A stretch of DNA of 64,000 bases from assembly GCA_010356995.1 (NCBI GenBank), contig ML996687.1, positions 683,803-747,802 on the forward strand, read 5' to 3'. Source of the DNA: Trichodelitschia bisporula. Its lineage: Eukaryota. The notes beneath the pieces are model-generated. The model was not told the DNA's origin, did not search any database, and was given only the letters and a program-made list of their open reading frames with translations. This document shows, one piece after another, positions 49,310-60,870 of the stretch (positions are counted from its first letter, which is position 1; every line of letters begins with the position of its first letter). A program made the position numbers and the translations under genes.

Positions 49310-50110
49310 ATGCGTACCACTTTGACTATGGCGGCCCTCGCGGCCCTCACCGCCGCCCAAGAGTCCCAACTCGATCCTCTTTCCTTCACTCAATCCAACG
49401 ACCCCTCCATCTCTTACACAACCGTCGACGTGTACACCTCCTGCAGCGACCTTCCATCCCCACCAATGGACACCATAACCTCGACCATCATCCAAACCAC
49501 CTGTCCGCAATGCGGCCTGCCTCCAACGCTGCACACCACCGTCTACACCACCGTCTTCCAGTCCCTATGTCCAACGGGCCTGGTGCCGGTAACCTACACC
49601 GTGACGGAAACGTGCACTGGCCCGACGCCGACCTTTGGCCCTACGGGAAGCGATTACGTCCCGTCCGGCTTCACGGTCACGCAGACCATTTGCACGGCTT
49701 GTGGGTCTGACGGCGGCCCGGCTACCGTTACTATTACCCAACCGTGCGATCCGACGGATCCGGTTGGGCCTGGACCGACGGGTACGATGGATCCGGAATC
49801 GTCGATGCTGGGCTCGTCGATGATGCCGGGCTCGTCGGATATGCTTCCCATGTCGAGTTCTTCAGGCATGCCCCCAGTGCCGCCGATATCGAGTTCATCG
49901 GGCATGCCACTCATGTCCGGCTCATCGAGCATGCCTCCTGTGCCGCCGATGTCGAGCTCATCGCCGCCACCGCCGCTATCGCCGCCGATTATGACCCCGC
50001 CGGCGCAGCAGATGGTGAATGCCGCGGTGAAGGTGAAGGCTGGGTGGATTGTGAAAGCGGTGTTAGCGGGAGTTTGCGCTGCTTTAGGTTGGGTGGAAAG
50101 TTTTCCTTGA
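49310..50110 (+). CDS. Secreted Ser/Thr/Cys-rich, putatively GPI-anchored cell-wall protein with Met-Ser-Pro repeats
   Basis: Signal peptide; YTTVFQSLCPTGLVPVTYTVTETC and FTVTQTICTAC motifs; MSSSSGMPPVPP-type repeats; VNAA plus hydrophobic C-terminus. Confidence 0.85.
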   Translation: MRTTLTMAALAALTAAQESQLDPLSFTQSNDPSISYTTVDVYTSCSDLPSPPMDTITSTIIQTTCPQCGLPPTLHTTVYTTVFQSLCPTGLVPVTYTVTETCTGPTPTFGPTGSDYVPSGFTVTQTICTACGSDGGPATVTITQPCDPTDPVGPGPTGTMDPESSMLGSSMMPGSSDMLPMSSSSGMPPVPPISSSSGMPLMSGSSSMPPVPPMSSSSPPPPLSPPIMTPPAQQMVNAAVKVKAGWIVKAVLAGVCAALGWVESFP

Positions 50111-51151
50111 GGCCGTCGGGTAGACGGGGTGTTTGGTGTAGTTTTAAGTTTTTGCTTAGCATTGGCTTGTCTTTGGCTTCATGGTTTGCTAGCTTGGAAT
50201 GGTTCTCGGTTAATATAATACATGAACTTGATGCTGATCTTGAGTTGTCATTCTGGTTGATGGAGTTTACCCGAGTCATGCGCCTTACTATAGGACGATT
50301 GAGAATAAGATGACTTCCTCTTAGTTTCAAAAGGAAACGAAATGTCAATTCTCGATGCATTGCGGGGACTATGAAAGGAGCTCGGGGAGCGCGACAAAGC
50401 CCCCTGCAGACGTTATGTAAGCATGCATAGGGCTCCACTACCGCCAACGTCAGCTGTCAAAGCGATCCGATGACGCTGGTCGAACTTTCGCTATTCACGT
50501 ATTGCAGCTTCACTTCTCAAAGAACTTTTGTGGATCAATTTGTGCCTAAGTCTAGCCTAGCCCCCTTGCTGTTATGATGACCGTGGCAACGCCTCCAGGT
50601 GCCCGGAAGTCCACCGTACGCTCAAATCACTAAGATAAGAGTTCCAATGAACATCAAGGGCCCCCGCATGCGCCCACTACAGATGTCAACACTGAGCCAC
50701 GGAGCGAGAGCCAGAGTTCCGAACCCGACGAGCTTACTCCTTGCGACCCTTGCCCTTAGGACGACGCTATGACATGTTAGCATCTGCGCAGGTTCTCTAA
50801 ATGGATTACGGAAACCTGCCCTAGTTGATTCTAGGTGGAACCAAGAGTTAAGTTCATGAATTGTACGAAACCTCCAGAAGGAGGGTCGCCATGCGAAGGC
50901 CTGAGGCCTGGCCAGCAGAGGGAGATCGGCCGAGAGATCGGCCGAGGCCGATCTGGATATTACGATAGGTTTTTTGGCTTGAAGCGCTTGTGCCTACCGC
51001 TCTCTTCTTCGTGGAGACGCGACGCTCTGGATACTGCTGCTCCAGATACTGCTGTTCCGTCATGCTGGGCGCGGGGGCTTGCAGGTGGTAGGGCGATGCG
51101 GACGGACCGGCGTTGTAAGAAGTCGGGACCGCCAACCAGGACTGCGCGCTG

Positions 51152-51757
51152 TTAGCTCTCATGACCTAGGAAGCTCGTCGCCGGGATGACACTAACAGTC
51201 TGCTGCGATGGATCAGCTACGACGGCGCTCGAAGCCTCTATGTTCTCCGGGAGGGCGAATTCGTCCATCATCTCCTGCATCGTGGTCTCGGCCGCGAGCT
51301 CCTGGGACGGCGCCGACGTCGGCATTATGCCGGCAGTAAGCACCCGGATCGCGGCATGCAGGTCGTCGAGCTGGGTCTTAAGAGCGCCATACTCTGCCAT
51401 CAACTCGCGGTACCGACGGTTGGTCTCCAGGAGCTGCGCGCGATGGATCGCCAGGTCCCGAGCATGAGGCTCGACCTCGACAATGCGGAAACCGTTATGC
51501 TGGAACGTCTCCGACTCTGCGCCGCCCAGGACTCGAGCTGTGTACTCCACGGTCGCGCGGGCCAGCTCGAAGTCCAGACGCTGGATCTCCACCTTGTGCC
51601 CCTGCTCCTCCTGTTTGGCAAGTCAATCGGGTTCAGTTGTAGCGCGATATGGGGTTTGGCTTACCACCAGCACAGCGTTGATCTGTGCTTCGCAGCGCTT
51701 CATCTCTTGCATATGGCGCTCAATGGCGTCGAAAACTACGTCCGCCCGAGCAGACAT
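51152..51757 (-). CDS. Hypothetical coiled-coil protein; intron 51611-51664; 3' end uncertain
   Basis: MSARADVVFDAIERH..NAVLV|EEQGHKVEIQRL joined by a phase-0 GTAAGC..CAG intron; heptad-like segment LLETNRRYRELMAEYGALKTQLDDL. Confidence 0.6.
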
Positions 51758-52234
51758 GGTGTCGTGGAAAATGAATTGAAAATTGGTGGTTGCGGGGGGG
51801 GGTGGGAGTGGTTCAACGAAGTGTGATGTGTGGGTGTGGTGGGTTTTAGATGTTTGGGTGATGGAAAAGAGCAGGTTGGTATGCGTTATCAATTAGCGAA
51901 CTGTACTGATAAGGCAGTGTGAGTGCTCCAAAGAGTATAAGTGAATGCCTTGGCACAAACATCAATCGCTCAGTCATGTTCAGTGAGCACAATGATATGT
52001 TTCCATTGTCCTTCCTCCTTGGCACATTGTGGTCGGACTCAGCCTTACCAGAACGCCCAAGGCCACTCCGCCTTGTGCGCAAACAATGGCATTGTCACTC
52101 ATCCCTGCTCGAATGCGTTGACATATATGCGCTGACCATTCTCTCGCTCACTTCTTCCTGTTATTTTCGTCTCCTCGCAATCTCTCTACCCCTACGTTGC
52201 TATCGAATTCACCACATCCCTTCCTTCACTCGAA

Positions 52235-54187
52235 ATGCGTGAAACACTTCGTAAGACGCCTCCAGGCCCCGGCCTCAGGGGAACGCCTCCATCATCAACA
52301 AAACGAACTGCTTCGTCGTCAACAAAAAGAACTGCTTCATCGCGCAGTGCCAGCACCCCTTCCAGGCCTCAGGCAGTCTCCGGTAGTGGTCCCATCAGCA
52401 CGACAACAGCGGCAACAAAAACAGCAGTCCCGAGCAGCGTCACGAGCAGCGCACCGAGCGCATCCGGCATTGGAAAGCGCAGTTCCATCTATGGAGGCCC
52501 GCCTCTCCCGCTCCCCGTCGCTGCTGCTTCAGCCGTCCTCAAATCTAGCCCGTCTTCAGCTTCATCCAGGGGCCTAAACCGATCCGCCTCTCGAGCGCAG
52601 GCCGGGTCCTTAGCCCGCCCTACCAGGAACCCGACTGTCCTCCAAGGCCGTGAACCCAAGCGATTGAGCCTCCTCGCCGATCAGCCATCTCAGATCTCTT
52701 TCCAGGCTCCTTCCCAGGTCTCTTCTCAAGTCTCCTCGGGCAGCTCCAACGCCACAGATCAGTCAGGCCCGAAGCCGGCCAGACGCCCAACTGTCCGCTT
52801 TCAAGGTCGCGAGCCCAGGCCACTTCGGCTTAGCCGCGTGCTCAATCAGCCGACTATCCCTGAAGCGCTGGTTTCGCCTGTTGCCTCGGAATGGCAAGGT
52901 GCTCAGTCAGACTTTCGGCCCGTATCACCAGTTGTCGAGGAGCACGATTCAAGCCGTGATTCAAGCATCGAGTTAAAGGCGCGGATAGACACCGTGGACG
53001 TGAACCTGATGCCGCACCCCATGAATCCTACGCCACCCCGGAGTACGCCACCCCGGAGGCAGCCCTCGCGCCGCATGGACCCAGGCTTCGAAATGGCCCC
53101 CCTATCCCACCAAATCCCGCCATACCCCACCAACTCTTCCAACCCATCCGCTTCCTACCCCACCCCACAAAAATTGTCCACCTCCACCCCCACAGCCGAC
53201 ATCTTCAGCAACCCCTCCCTTCCCGACACATCTTTAACCCCTTTACCCCGGCTCTTTTCCCCCTGGCGCCAACTATCCACTTGGAAAAAGCTGACGGCCA
53301 TCTACACCGCCGCCCCACCCAGCGATGCCGCTCTCTTTGCTCTTATTGCCCGTTCCTGGCTCGCAGATATGCGCACCATCTACGCCGCTGCCCCGCCAGC
53401 CGACGCAGCTATTGTCATCGCCAAAGTCCGCAGGTGGTTGGCCGCGCGGAAAGTGGCGGCGCTGCGGAACTCTAAGGCGCTTGCTCATGGTGCTGAAGAG
53501 CGGACCTGGCCGGTCACGCCTTCCCAACCACCAGCCCGAGCGCCCGAGGACACCCTGCGGCACAGCACTTTCGTACCAGGCACGATGCTGCACCGCAACA
53601 CGCTACGGCAATTCTCCTCCGCCACAATGCCGCCCACAAGCCCAACGCCCCACGTGGCACCCCGGCCGCTCGTTCGAGCCGCGTCTCTGCCCATGAGCCC
53701 GCAGCCCACGCACACGCGCCTAGGGAACACAGGGCTGCAGACGCCGGAGCCGATCGTAGTCAAGCACCGCAAGGACACAGCGGGTCAGAGCGATATAACG
53801 GCCTTTAGCGACATCATGCACGCGGGGATGGGGGAGTATGCGTCGCCCGCGACGCCGACACCGGCGATGCGTGCGTTCCGGCCCGCGCCTCTTAACTTGC
53901 GTCCCAAGGCCGTTGCGCGGTCGTATGCGCCGGCGCCGCCGTCGAGTGTGTATTCACAACCGACGGGCGGGCTGGAGACGCCGTATGGCAATTCGCTGGT
54001 TATGCCGGAGCAGCCGTCGGGCGGGTCGGTGGTGTCGGCGGCGGAGAGCACCTATGTGCCTGTTCGGAAGGGGTGGAAGGCGACGCAGAGGGGGGGCGTG
54101 AATGAGGTGAGTAGGAATGGGTATACTTGGTATGGGGATATTTTGGATTCGCTGACGACGCCTAGACCTAGGATGACGGACATCTGA
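52235..54187 (+). CDS. Hypothetical Ser/Pro/Arg-rich disordered protein with internal duplicated motifs
   Basis: 650-codon ATG ORF; no family recognised. Confidence 0.7.
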   Translation: MRETLRKTPPGPGLRGTPPSSTKRTASSSTKRTASSRSASTPSRPQAVSGSGPISTTTAATKTAVPSSVTSSAPSASGIGKRSSIYGGPPLPLPVAAASAVLKSSPSSASSRGLNRSASRAQAGSLARPTRNPTVLQGREPKRLSLLADQPSQISFQAPSQVSSQVSSGSSNATDQSGPKPARRPTVRFQGREPRPLRLSRVLNQPTIPEALVSPVASEWQGAQSDFRPVSPVVEEHDSSRDSSIELKARIDTVDVNLMPHPMNPTPPRSTPPRRQPSRRMDPGFEMAPLSHQIPPYPTNSSNPSASYPTPQKLSTSTPTADIFSNPSLPDTSLTPLPRLFSPWRQLSTWKKLTAIYTAAPPSDAALFALIARSWLADMRTIYAAAPPADAAIVIAKVRRWLAARKVAALRNSKALAHGAEERTWPVTPSQPPARAPEDTLRHSTFVPGTMLHRNTLRQFSSATMPPTSPTPHVAPRPLVRAASLPMSPQPTHTRLGNTGLQTPEPIVVKHRKDTAGQSDITAFSDIMHAGMGEYASPATPTPAMRAFRPAPLNLRPKAVARSYAPAPPSSVYSQPTGGLETPYGNSLVMPEQPSGGSVVSAAESTYVPVRKGWKATQRGGVNEVSRNGYTWYGDILDSLTTPRPRMTDI

Positions 54188-54799
54188 TGGAGGAATGGGT
54201 TCATGGGGGATTATTTGCGAGTATCGGGGCTAAAGGACAGGGGGTTTCCAGCCGGTAAGTGGACGGCTGGCCAACAGCCATGTGCTACATTATGTCTCTT
54301 ACCTCAGTAAAGCTGTTAAGGCAACTCCGACCTGCAAAAGGACAAAGGGGATTCATCAGCATTGTGATAGTAGAACAAAGGACGGAAACTTGGAGACGAT
54401 CTGGATCCCATTGATTGAGATTTCGTTACCACCCCGGTGCAATGAAAATCCGCTAAGTAATGCACATGTTATGTAAGAAGATCTGTACTATTTAATCCAT
54501 TGCGTGACGAGAACCCCGAAAGATGCCCATTGCAGTGAAGCAGACCGACCTCAACCCGTATCCACAAGTACGCCATTACCGATAAGTACCGTGACCTCAG
54601 CGTCAAACACCGCAGTACCATACACCGAACCGACACGAAAAGTGAGCTTCTAACCTTTTACTAAAAGCCTGTAAAATGCTGTAGCACTATCTCTCGCAGA
54701 AAATGCAAGTATCATTGCCAGGGATTGACCCTCGACAAATCCGCCCACAAGCTGCAATCCTTCAGCATCAAGCGCCAGAGACCACCAATGAGAGACGGT

Positions 54800-57700
54800 C
54801 TACCTCTTGAACGCGCCCATAGGCCACGCTGTGCGAACTGCTGGCGCCTCAGGCCCATCATGCACTGCGGAACTCGTCGGTCCGACGCTGATGAGCTTTT
54901 TGGGAGGCTCCGGCCCTGACCTGGCTTTCTTCTTTGATACCGTACGCGATTTGTGGGACGATTTGCTCTTGTTCAGCGGCGACCTGTGCATTGGCGACTT
55001 GTGCACAGGTGAATTGTTCGGCCGCGCCTTCTTCTTGGTCGGTAGAGGCTCCGACAACCGCTTGCGCTTGTTTCCGTGCTCTGGTTCAGGGGCCTCACTC
55101 TTCCTGCTGCTCCTGCTTTCCTTATCGGTGGTATCATCATCGGAGTGGAGAGGTTGGCCGACTGAAGGAGCGGGCGATCCCCTCCGCCCAAATTGACTCC
55201 ACTTGACCGGCTGGGAAGCGGAAAAGCCCACACGAGCACCTTTCGGTGCCTTACTGGACCCCACCCCGCTCGCCGAAGGCTGCGATGAAGACAGCGAGGC
55301 ACGGCCATTGTAACGAGGATTCTCCAGGGATACCTGGGACGCCTTCAACGCATCGAGCATCGGATGTCTGTAAGGCTTCTGCTCTTTGTGCGATGGCGTT
55401 TCTTCCCTCGGACGCGTAGGCGTGGGCAACTTCTTGGGGAAGAGGCTTTCGTCCAAGGAACTCTCGTCGGAGTCGGATGACTCGCTAGTATCGTCCGAGT
55501 CCGAGTCCGATGCGACGACCTTGGGGTTTGTTTGGGTGCTCGGTTTGGGAGCTGGTGACCCCGTACTGGAGCCGGAGCTAGAGCTGGAGGCCTCAGATGC
55601 GGATCTGTCAATGAGGCTAGAGACAGTGTGCTCAGTGGCCAGCCGGCTTCCGTTTTGTGGAGACTTGGGGGTCGATGACGAGAGAGCTGTTGCCCCAGGT
55701 TGCTGTGGAGGCTCAGAGGGCGACTCAGAGGCACTCGAGGACGCACTCGAGAACGCACTTGATGAGGGAACAGTAGGCTGAGGAGCCGATGCGGGCGGCG
55801 GGGCAGCCTTTGACGATACAGGACTAACGCTCGAGGTGGGTAGTACCCCAAACTTAATTGCCTTCGACTTCGTGGTAGTTTTGACAGATTGGAGAGACCC
55901 CATCTTCGGCGGTACACCAATTTCAGACTTGCTTTTAGGAGATCTGATAGTGGAAAGGGGAGATGACACTGATTCAGGAGACTATTCAACGTCAGTCGCA
56001 CCGTTTTCGTGTAAATACAAAGAGCTTACCTGATGTACCGACGGCGCGGTACGTCTCTCTGCCCTCGGTGAGTTGAGTGCTGTCCATTGGACCGATACAC
56101 GCTGCTTGCCCTTATATTGGCTTCCCGTTAAATTGAGCAAAGGCGTCTGCTTCTCTGCTACTGCAGGCGTCGTTTCAGCGGGCGGCATGCGAGATGACTC
56201 CGAGGTATCTCTGTTTGCCCCGGCACTTGAAGCAGGTGGGGGAGTCAGGCCACCTGAAGTCGCAGCATTTTCGCCGTTAGTGATCCTCACCCGTGGGTCG
56301 GCACTGGACCTTGCTGACTCGGCGGGCGCAGGAGTTTGCGATTCAACCCTCTCCAGACACTCCACCATGGCAGCTTCGGTTTGTTCATCGATATCGCTGT
56401 AGTTAGTGTCCTCATCCTTAGAGCAGTTGGCACCGGACTCGGGAGACGTAGCAACAGGCTGGGGCTGAGTTGATGATGAGATAGGATTTTCGCCACGGGG
56501 GTTCTGCTGTCTTTTGATAACTACAACAGGAACCACGGAATTCAACCTGGTCTGTACAGAGGGACTGGCGGCATGTATCTTCGTGCCGTTGGATTGCGGC
56601 TGTACGGAAGGCTGGGCGTCTTGCGAAGGTCGTTCCGCTTCAGACTCGGTTCCACTCTCGCTCTCGCTGGGCTGGAATCCGGTAGTGTGCAGCCTGGACC
56701 AGTGCTTCCTGACACTTGGGTTAGTCCGTCCTGGGAAGCGTTTGAAAACCTCCTCCCAACTGGTGTCCGCGGAACGAAGGCGGTAGAGGAGGGTCGATTC
56801 CTCTTTGGTCCACCGCATCGGGTTGAGCTTGGTTGATTTCGAAACACGAGCGTTCTTATCCTGAACTTTGTTCAAGACAGACTTTTGACGGCCTTCCTTG
56901 GCCTGTAGCTGACTCTGGATAGGGGGGATGGGAGATGGCGCTGTCTGGGCGGGAGCAACGCCGAGAGATTGAACAGGAGCTGCGACGGGGGACTCAATCT
57001 TTGTCCCCACCGGAGATGCCGCGGCCTGAAGAGACGACGAAATTCTACGTGTGTGGCTTTGAGCCACAGGAGTAAAGCCAGGCGCCTGAGGCCGTTCTGA
57101 CTGTTGCGAGGCACCGACTTGGGCGGGAGGTTGTGGCACCCTCTGGGTTCCGATTGTCGTGGCTCGGGAGCTCCCGGACTGGTTTGGGGGCGGTTGAATG
57201 CCATTTGTAAAAAGTGGCACGCGGGAGGCAGGTGTAAATTTCGAGGCTCGCAGGGACGGAGATTCAGAGACCGGTGCGATGGGTGAAGACACGGCTGGTG
57301 TAGACTTCTGATGCCTCAAATTCCGGCGCTGCTCAATTTCTGCTTCTGTATCGGTTGGGACGTCATAGATGTCATTTCGCCTCCGACTTTGCGCAGGTGC
57401 CGGGGAAGCATCACTTGGAGTTTGGGGGCTGGGTTGTGCCTGTTCCGCGATACTTTCCGAGGTGAGACGGTGGTTTCTGTTGTCCATGGAAGATCTTGAC
57501 ATGGAAGCGAAAGCAGCCTGGTTAGCCACCGCTTGAGTAGATGTCCTCCGGTCAAGAGGCGAACTTTCAGACTTTGTGCTATCCCTAGACGCTCCTGAGG
57601 CTCCAATGGAATCCGCATGCCGGGAGCTCGAGGGTTGTGAGGCGTAGGTATCAACTTCCATTTCATCCACCGCATTTGCCGCACTGTGGTCTCCCAAACC

Positions 57701-58581
57701 CGGCGAACTAGGAGGGAGATCCCTCCCAACTTGCTTTTGCTGACTTTGAGCATTCTCATTGAAAGAGGCGGCATCCTTTGGAGACGAAAAGTTGGGCTGA
57801 CTGACCGACATACGCGCTGTATCGATCCCATTCTGGACTTCGCCCGGTAGCTTTCCGCTCGGGCTGGACGTAACGGTCTCTGGGATGGAAAGTGGCGCGG
57901 CAGGCTGCGCATCACGTCCAGTCGAGGAATCTGAGGTGGTAGACGAAACACGGGCTAGCACTTCACCATTGGCATCCGTCGAGTGCCGTGACGGGTTCGC
58001 GTCGTTAACAGCCGGTGTCTGAGAGATGCTTTTACGTAGAACGTCTTCTTGCGATACTTTCGGCGGAGCGGGTTCGTCGGCCTCAGGCTCCGCCGATTCC
58101 GAGAGTCGGAGAAGAGAGCTCCTTCTCGCAATTTTGAGATGGCGCCTATGCGCGGTGTGAGTTCTCAAATTCGAGGTTGGCGGAATTGATGCCTCGCGGA
58201 AGACGTTGGCTTGCAGCACTTGGATCAGGCACTCTTTGGCGGGAGTGTCCGGTGGGAAAATGTCACCGACAGTGTCTGAGATATCTATGTCAAAGCCATC
58301 GCCATTCTGCAGCTTCTTGATGACGAATTGCCTGTATTCTGTAAATTTCTGATTATACAATGGGACGCCGCGTGGACGTACTGCGCATGAACGGAATCGA
58401 GGTAGTTCTTCTTGTACCGCGTCTCTACTTCTTCCCAGACTGCGGCAAAGGTCTGCTGGGGATCCACCGGCATTACGAAAGCATCGACGCGACCCACATC
58501 TTCAGCCTTAGATTTCCTCCAGTTGGGAAGCGAGCTTGAAGTGGATGCCGGGAGCGGCAGAACCTTCACGAGAAGTCGCAT
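54800..58581 (-). CDS. Large protein with Net1/Tof2/Dnt1-like N-terminal (Cdc14-binding type) domain and one Myb/SANT repeat; introns 58332-58381 and 55982-56029; 3' end may extend further
   Basis: MRLLVKVLP..FVMPV..VETRYKKNY..IKKLQNGDGFDIDISDTVGDIF resembles the recalled Net1/Dnt1 N-domain pattern (I..LQD...DLD....V.DVF). RWTKEESTLLYRLR..SWEEVFKRFPGRTNPSVRKHW is a Myb repeat. Both introns are in phase. Confidence 0.75.
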
Positions 58582-59325
58582 AGTGGCGCAAACGGGCAAG
58601 ACGCCCTCTCAGAAGTCGCGAAACGCACGAGAAATAGAGAAATTTCCACGGCTGCTAGAGAGTGACGTTGACGACAGGGTTTGGAAAACAAATGCAGAGA
58701 TGGGCAAGTAGTGAAGTGCGGAGGTGTTGATGGACAGGAGAGGAGGGCGTGCGCTGTGGAAAGCGGTAGAGGTTGCACCGTCCTTTTGAGTGAGACAGGG
58801 ATCTGGGTGCATGGGTCTGCTGCCAAGACGGTTCAAGCTTTGCGCGTAGCCACGTGACCAATATGAGACAAGGCTGTGCGTTTCTGTGGCCCAACGAGGC
58901 TGTCCTGTCTTTTGCGCCTATTAACTACATGTAAACTCTTCCGGCCTTACCCTCGAACCTCACGGGCCCTTACTATGTGTGCTATCTGGCGTCAGTTTGT
59001 GTCGTGCTGTACGGATGTACAGGTACCCCGCATCAGACCTCGCCTTCCTTTCCAGGATTGCCGAAAATTGTGACGCACCGTAAAAAGTTCCTGTACGGAG
59101 GTAGGTTCATGCAGGATGCATACGCCAAAGTTTACGGAGTACAGACAGCCCCTCGTGCCCCTCTCTGCCTTTCCAGATGAGGTGTCCATCGGGAAACGGG
59201 CATTTCCCAGATATGTGAGAGAGGAAAAGCAATGCAGAATTACGGCTGAAAGAGTCGGGGCCAACAACCTAAGACAAAGCAAAAAGTGATATTTTAGTCA
59301 ACGTCCGATTTCCAAACCACCCAGC

Positions 59326-60369
59326 TCATAACCGGCTGCTGTTCCCGAGATAACTCTGCCCTAGACGTAGCTGGTTGACAGCCTGGGTAACCATCTCCTC
59401 CACGATTTGCTTGGCCGGTTTAATGTCCTGGATGACGCCGGCAACCTGGCCCATCAAAAAAGGTATATCCACTTCTTTGCCGTCATCCATATCCTTGGCC
59501 ATCGGCACAATGCCCTTCTCTGTGAGGGCCTTGATATCCTCCGGCCGATTTTCCCAGCCCTGGACGTAGTCATTCATCTTTACTCGCAGCGGACGTCCAC
59601 TGATAACCAGCGTGCGCAGTGTATCCGCAAACGTCGCCGACACCACATTTTCCTTGTGCATCTGCGAGCAGCCCGCCTCCGCGCTGGCCACGAAGCGCGT
59701 CCCGACCCACACGCCCTGGGCACCCTGCATCAGACTGCTCGCGAGTCCGCGCCCGTCCCAGATACCGCCCGCCGCAACAACCATAGCCGGCTCTCCTGTT
59801 ATCGGACTCTTGTACCGCGACGCGACATCCACAACGGCGGGGATGAGAATGCTGTTGGCAATGTCGCCAGTATGTCCACCACCTTCGCCACCTTGCGCGC
59901 ACACGATATCCACGCCCGCCTCAAGCGCCTTGATCGCGTGTTTCGGCGCGCCGACCATATTCATGACGAGGATTCCGGCGCCGTGGAGCCGCTCGATGAC
60001 GCGCTTGGGCGGCACGCCGACGGCGCTGACGAAAAGCTTCGCCTTGTTGGCGATGATGACGTCGACGAGCTGGTCGAGCTGTCCGTGCGTGTAGTCGTGG
60101 TTCGTCTTGCGCGCCGAGCCACCCACTTGCGGCAGCGCAAGGTCGACACCGAATGGAAGGGACGGATCGGCAAGGTTCGCCTTGATGTCGTCGATGATAT
60201 CTTGCAGCTGCTTCGGTGTGTAGCCCAGGCCTCCGATGACCCCAAGGCCGCCGGCGTTGCTTACAGCTGCAGCCAGAGAACCACCCGACGTGCGCGCCAT
60301 GCCGGCGAGAATGATGGGGTACTTGATGCCGAGCAGCTTGCACAGCGGTGTTGAGAGAGTAGGCGTCAT
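59326..60369 (-). CDS. Nitronate monooxygenase / 2-nitropropane dioxygenase family FMN enzyme with PTS1 (-SRL)
   Basis: LLGIKYPIILAGM, LAAAVSNAGGLGVIG, QGGEGGGHTG, VVAAGGIWDGRG, VWVGTRF, LMGQVAG; intronless. Confidence 0.95.
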   Translation of the reverse strand: MTPTLSTPLCKLLGIKYPIILAGMARTSGGSLAAAVSNAGGLGVIGGLGYTPKQLQDIIDDIKANLADPSLPFGVDLALPQVGGSARKTNHDYTHGQLDQLVDVIIANKAKLFVSAVGVPPKRVIERLHGAGILVMNMVGAPKHAIKALEAGVDIVCAQGGEGGGHTGDIANSILIPAVVDVASRYKSPITGEPAMVVAAGGIWDGRGLASSLMQGAQGVWVGTRFVASAEAGCSQMHKENVVSATFADTLRTLVISGRPLRVKMNDYVQGWENRPEDIKALTEKGIVPMAKDMDDGKEVDIPFLMGQVAGVIQDIKPAKQIVEEMVTQAVNQLRLGQSYLGNSSRL

Positions 60370-60870
60370 TGTGCTGGGTGACGAAAAGGGTCGAATGAGC
60401 TACTCAGTTAGGGAGGGTAAAAGATGAGAGTCTGCAGGAGATAGACAGAGAGTCTGAGACGGCTTCGAGCTTCCATGGATTGCTGGCGCGCGGCCTTAAT
60501 ACTAAAGATGGGGAAGCGCGACGTGGAGGCGTTTTCACTTTGCGGGGTCGAGGGGCCGAGGAAGACGGGACAAGCGTCGGCGGGTACATAGCAAGGGTTC
60601 GGCGCAGCTTGCAGCTGACCGCCAAGGGCCGCCAACTTCAGGGGAGAGAACGGCAAATTCGGCGATTGCAACGTGTACGGCATATTCACACTACGGACGA
60701 CCGGCAATACTCGGTAGAAACTGTTTGCGGGAGTGGCAAAGATACAATGCTCATGGTCCAGTGTGCCCGTACTCAGTGCTTCACGAAAACCTAGCGTACA
60801 GAGTGATATCTCGAAAACGTTGCTACTCCCGAGGGGAACGCAAAGCACTACACTACGACCAACGCGAGTC

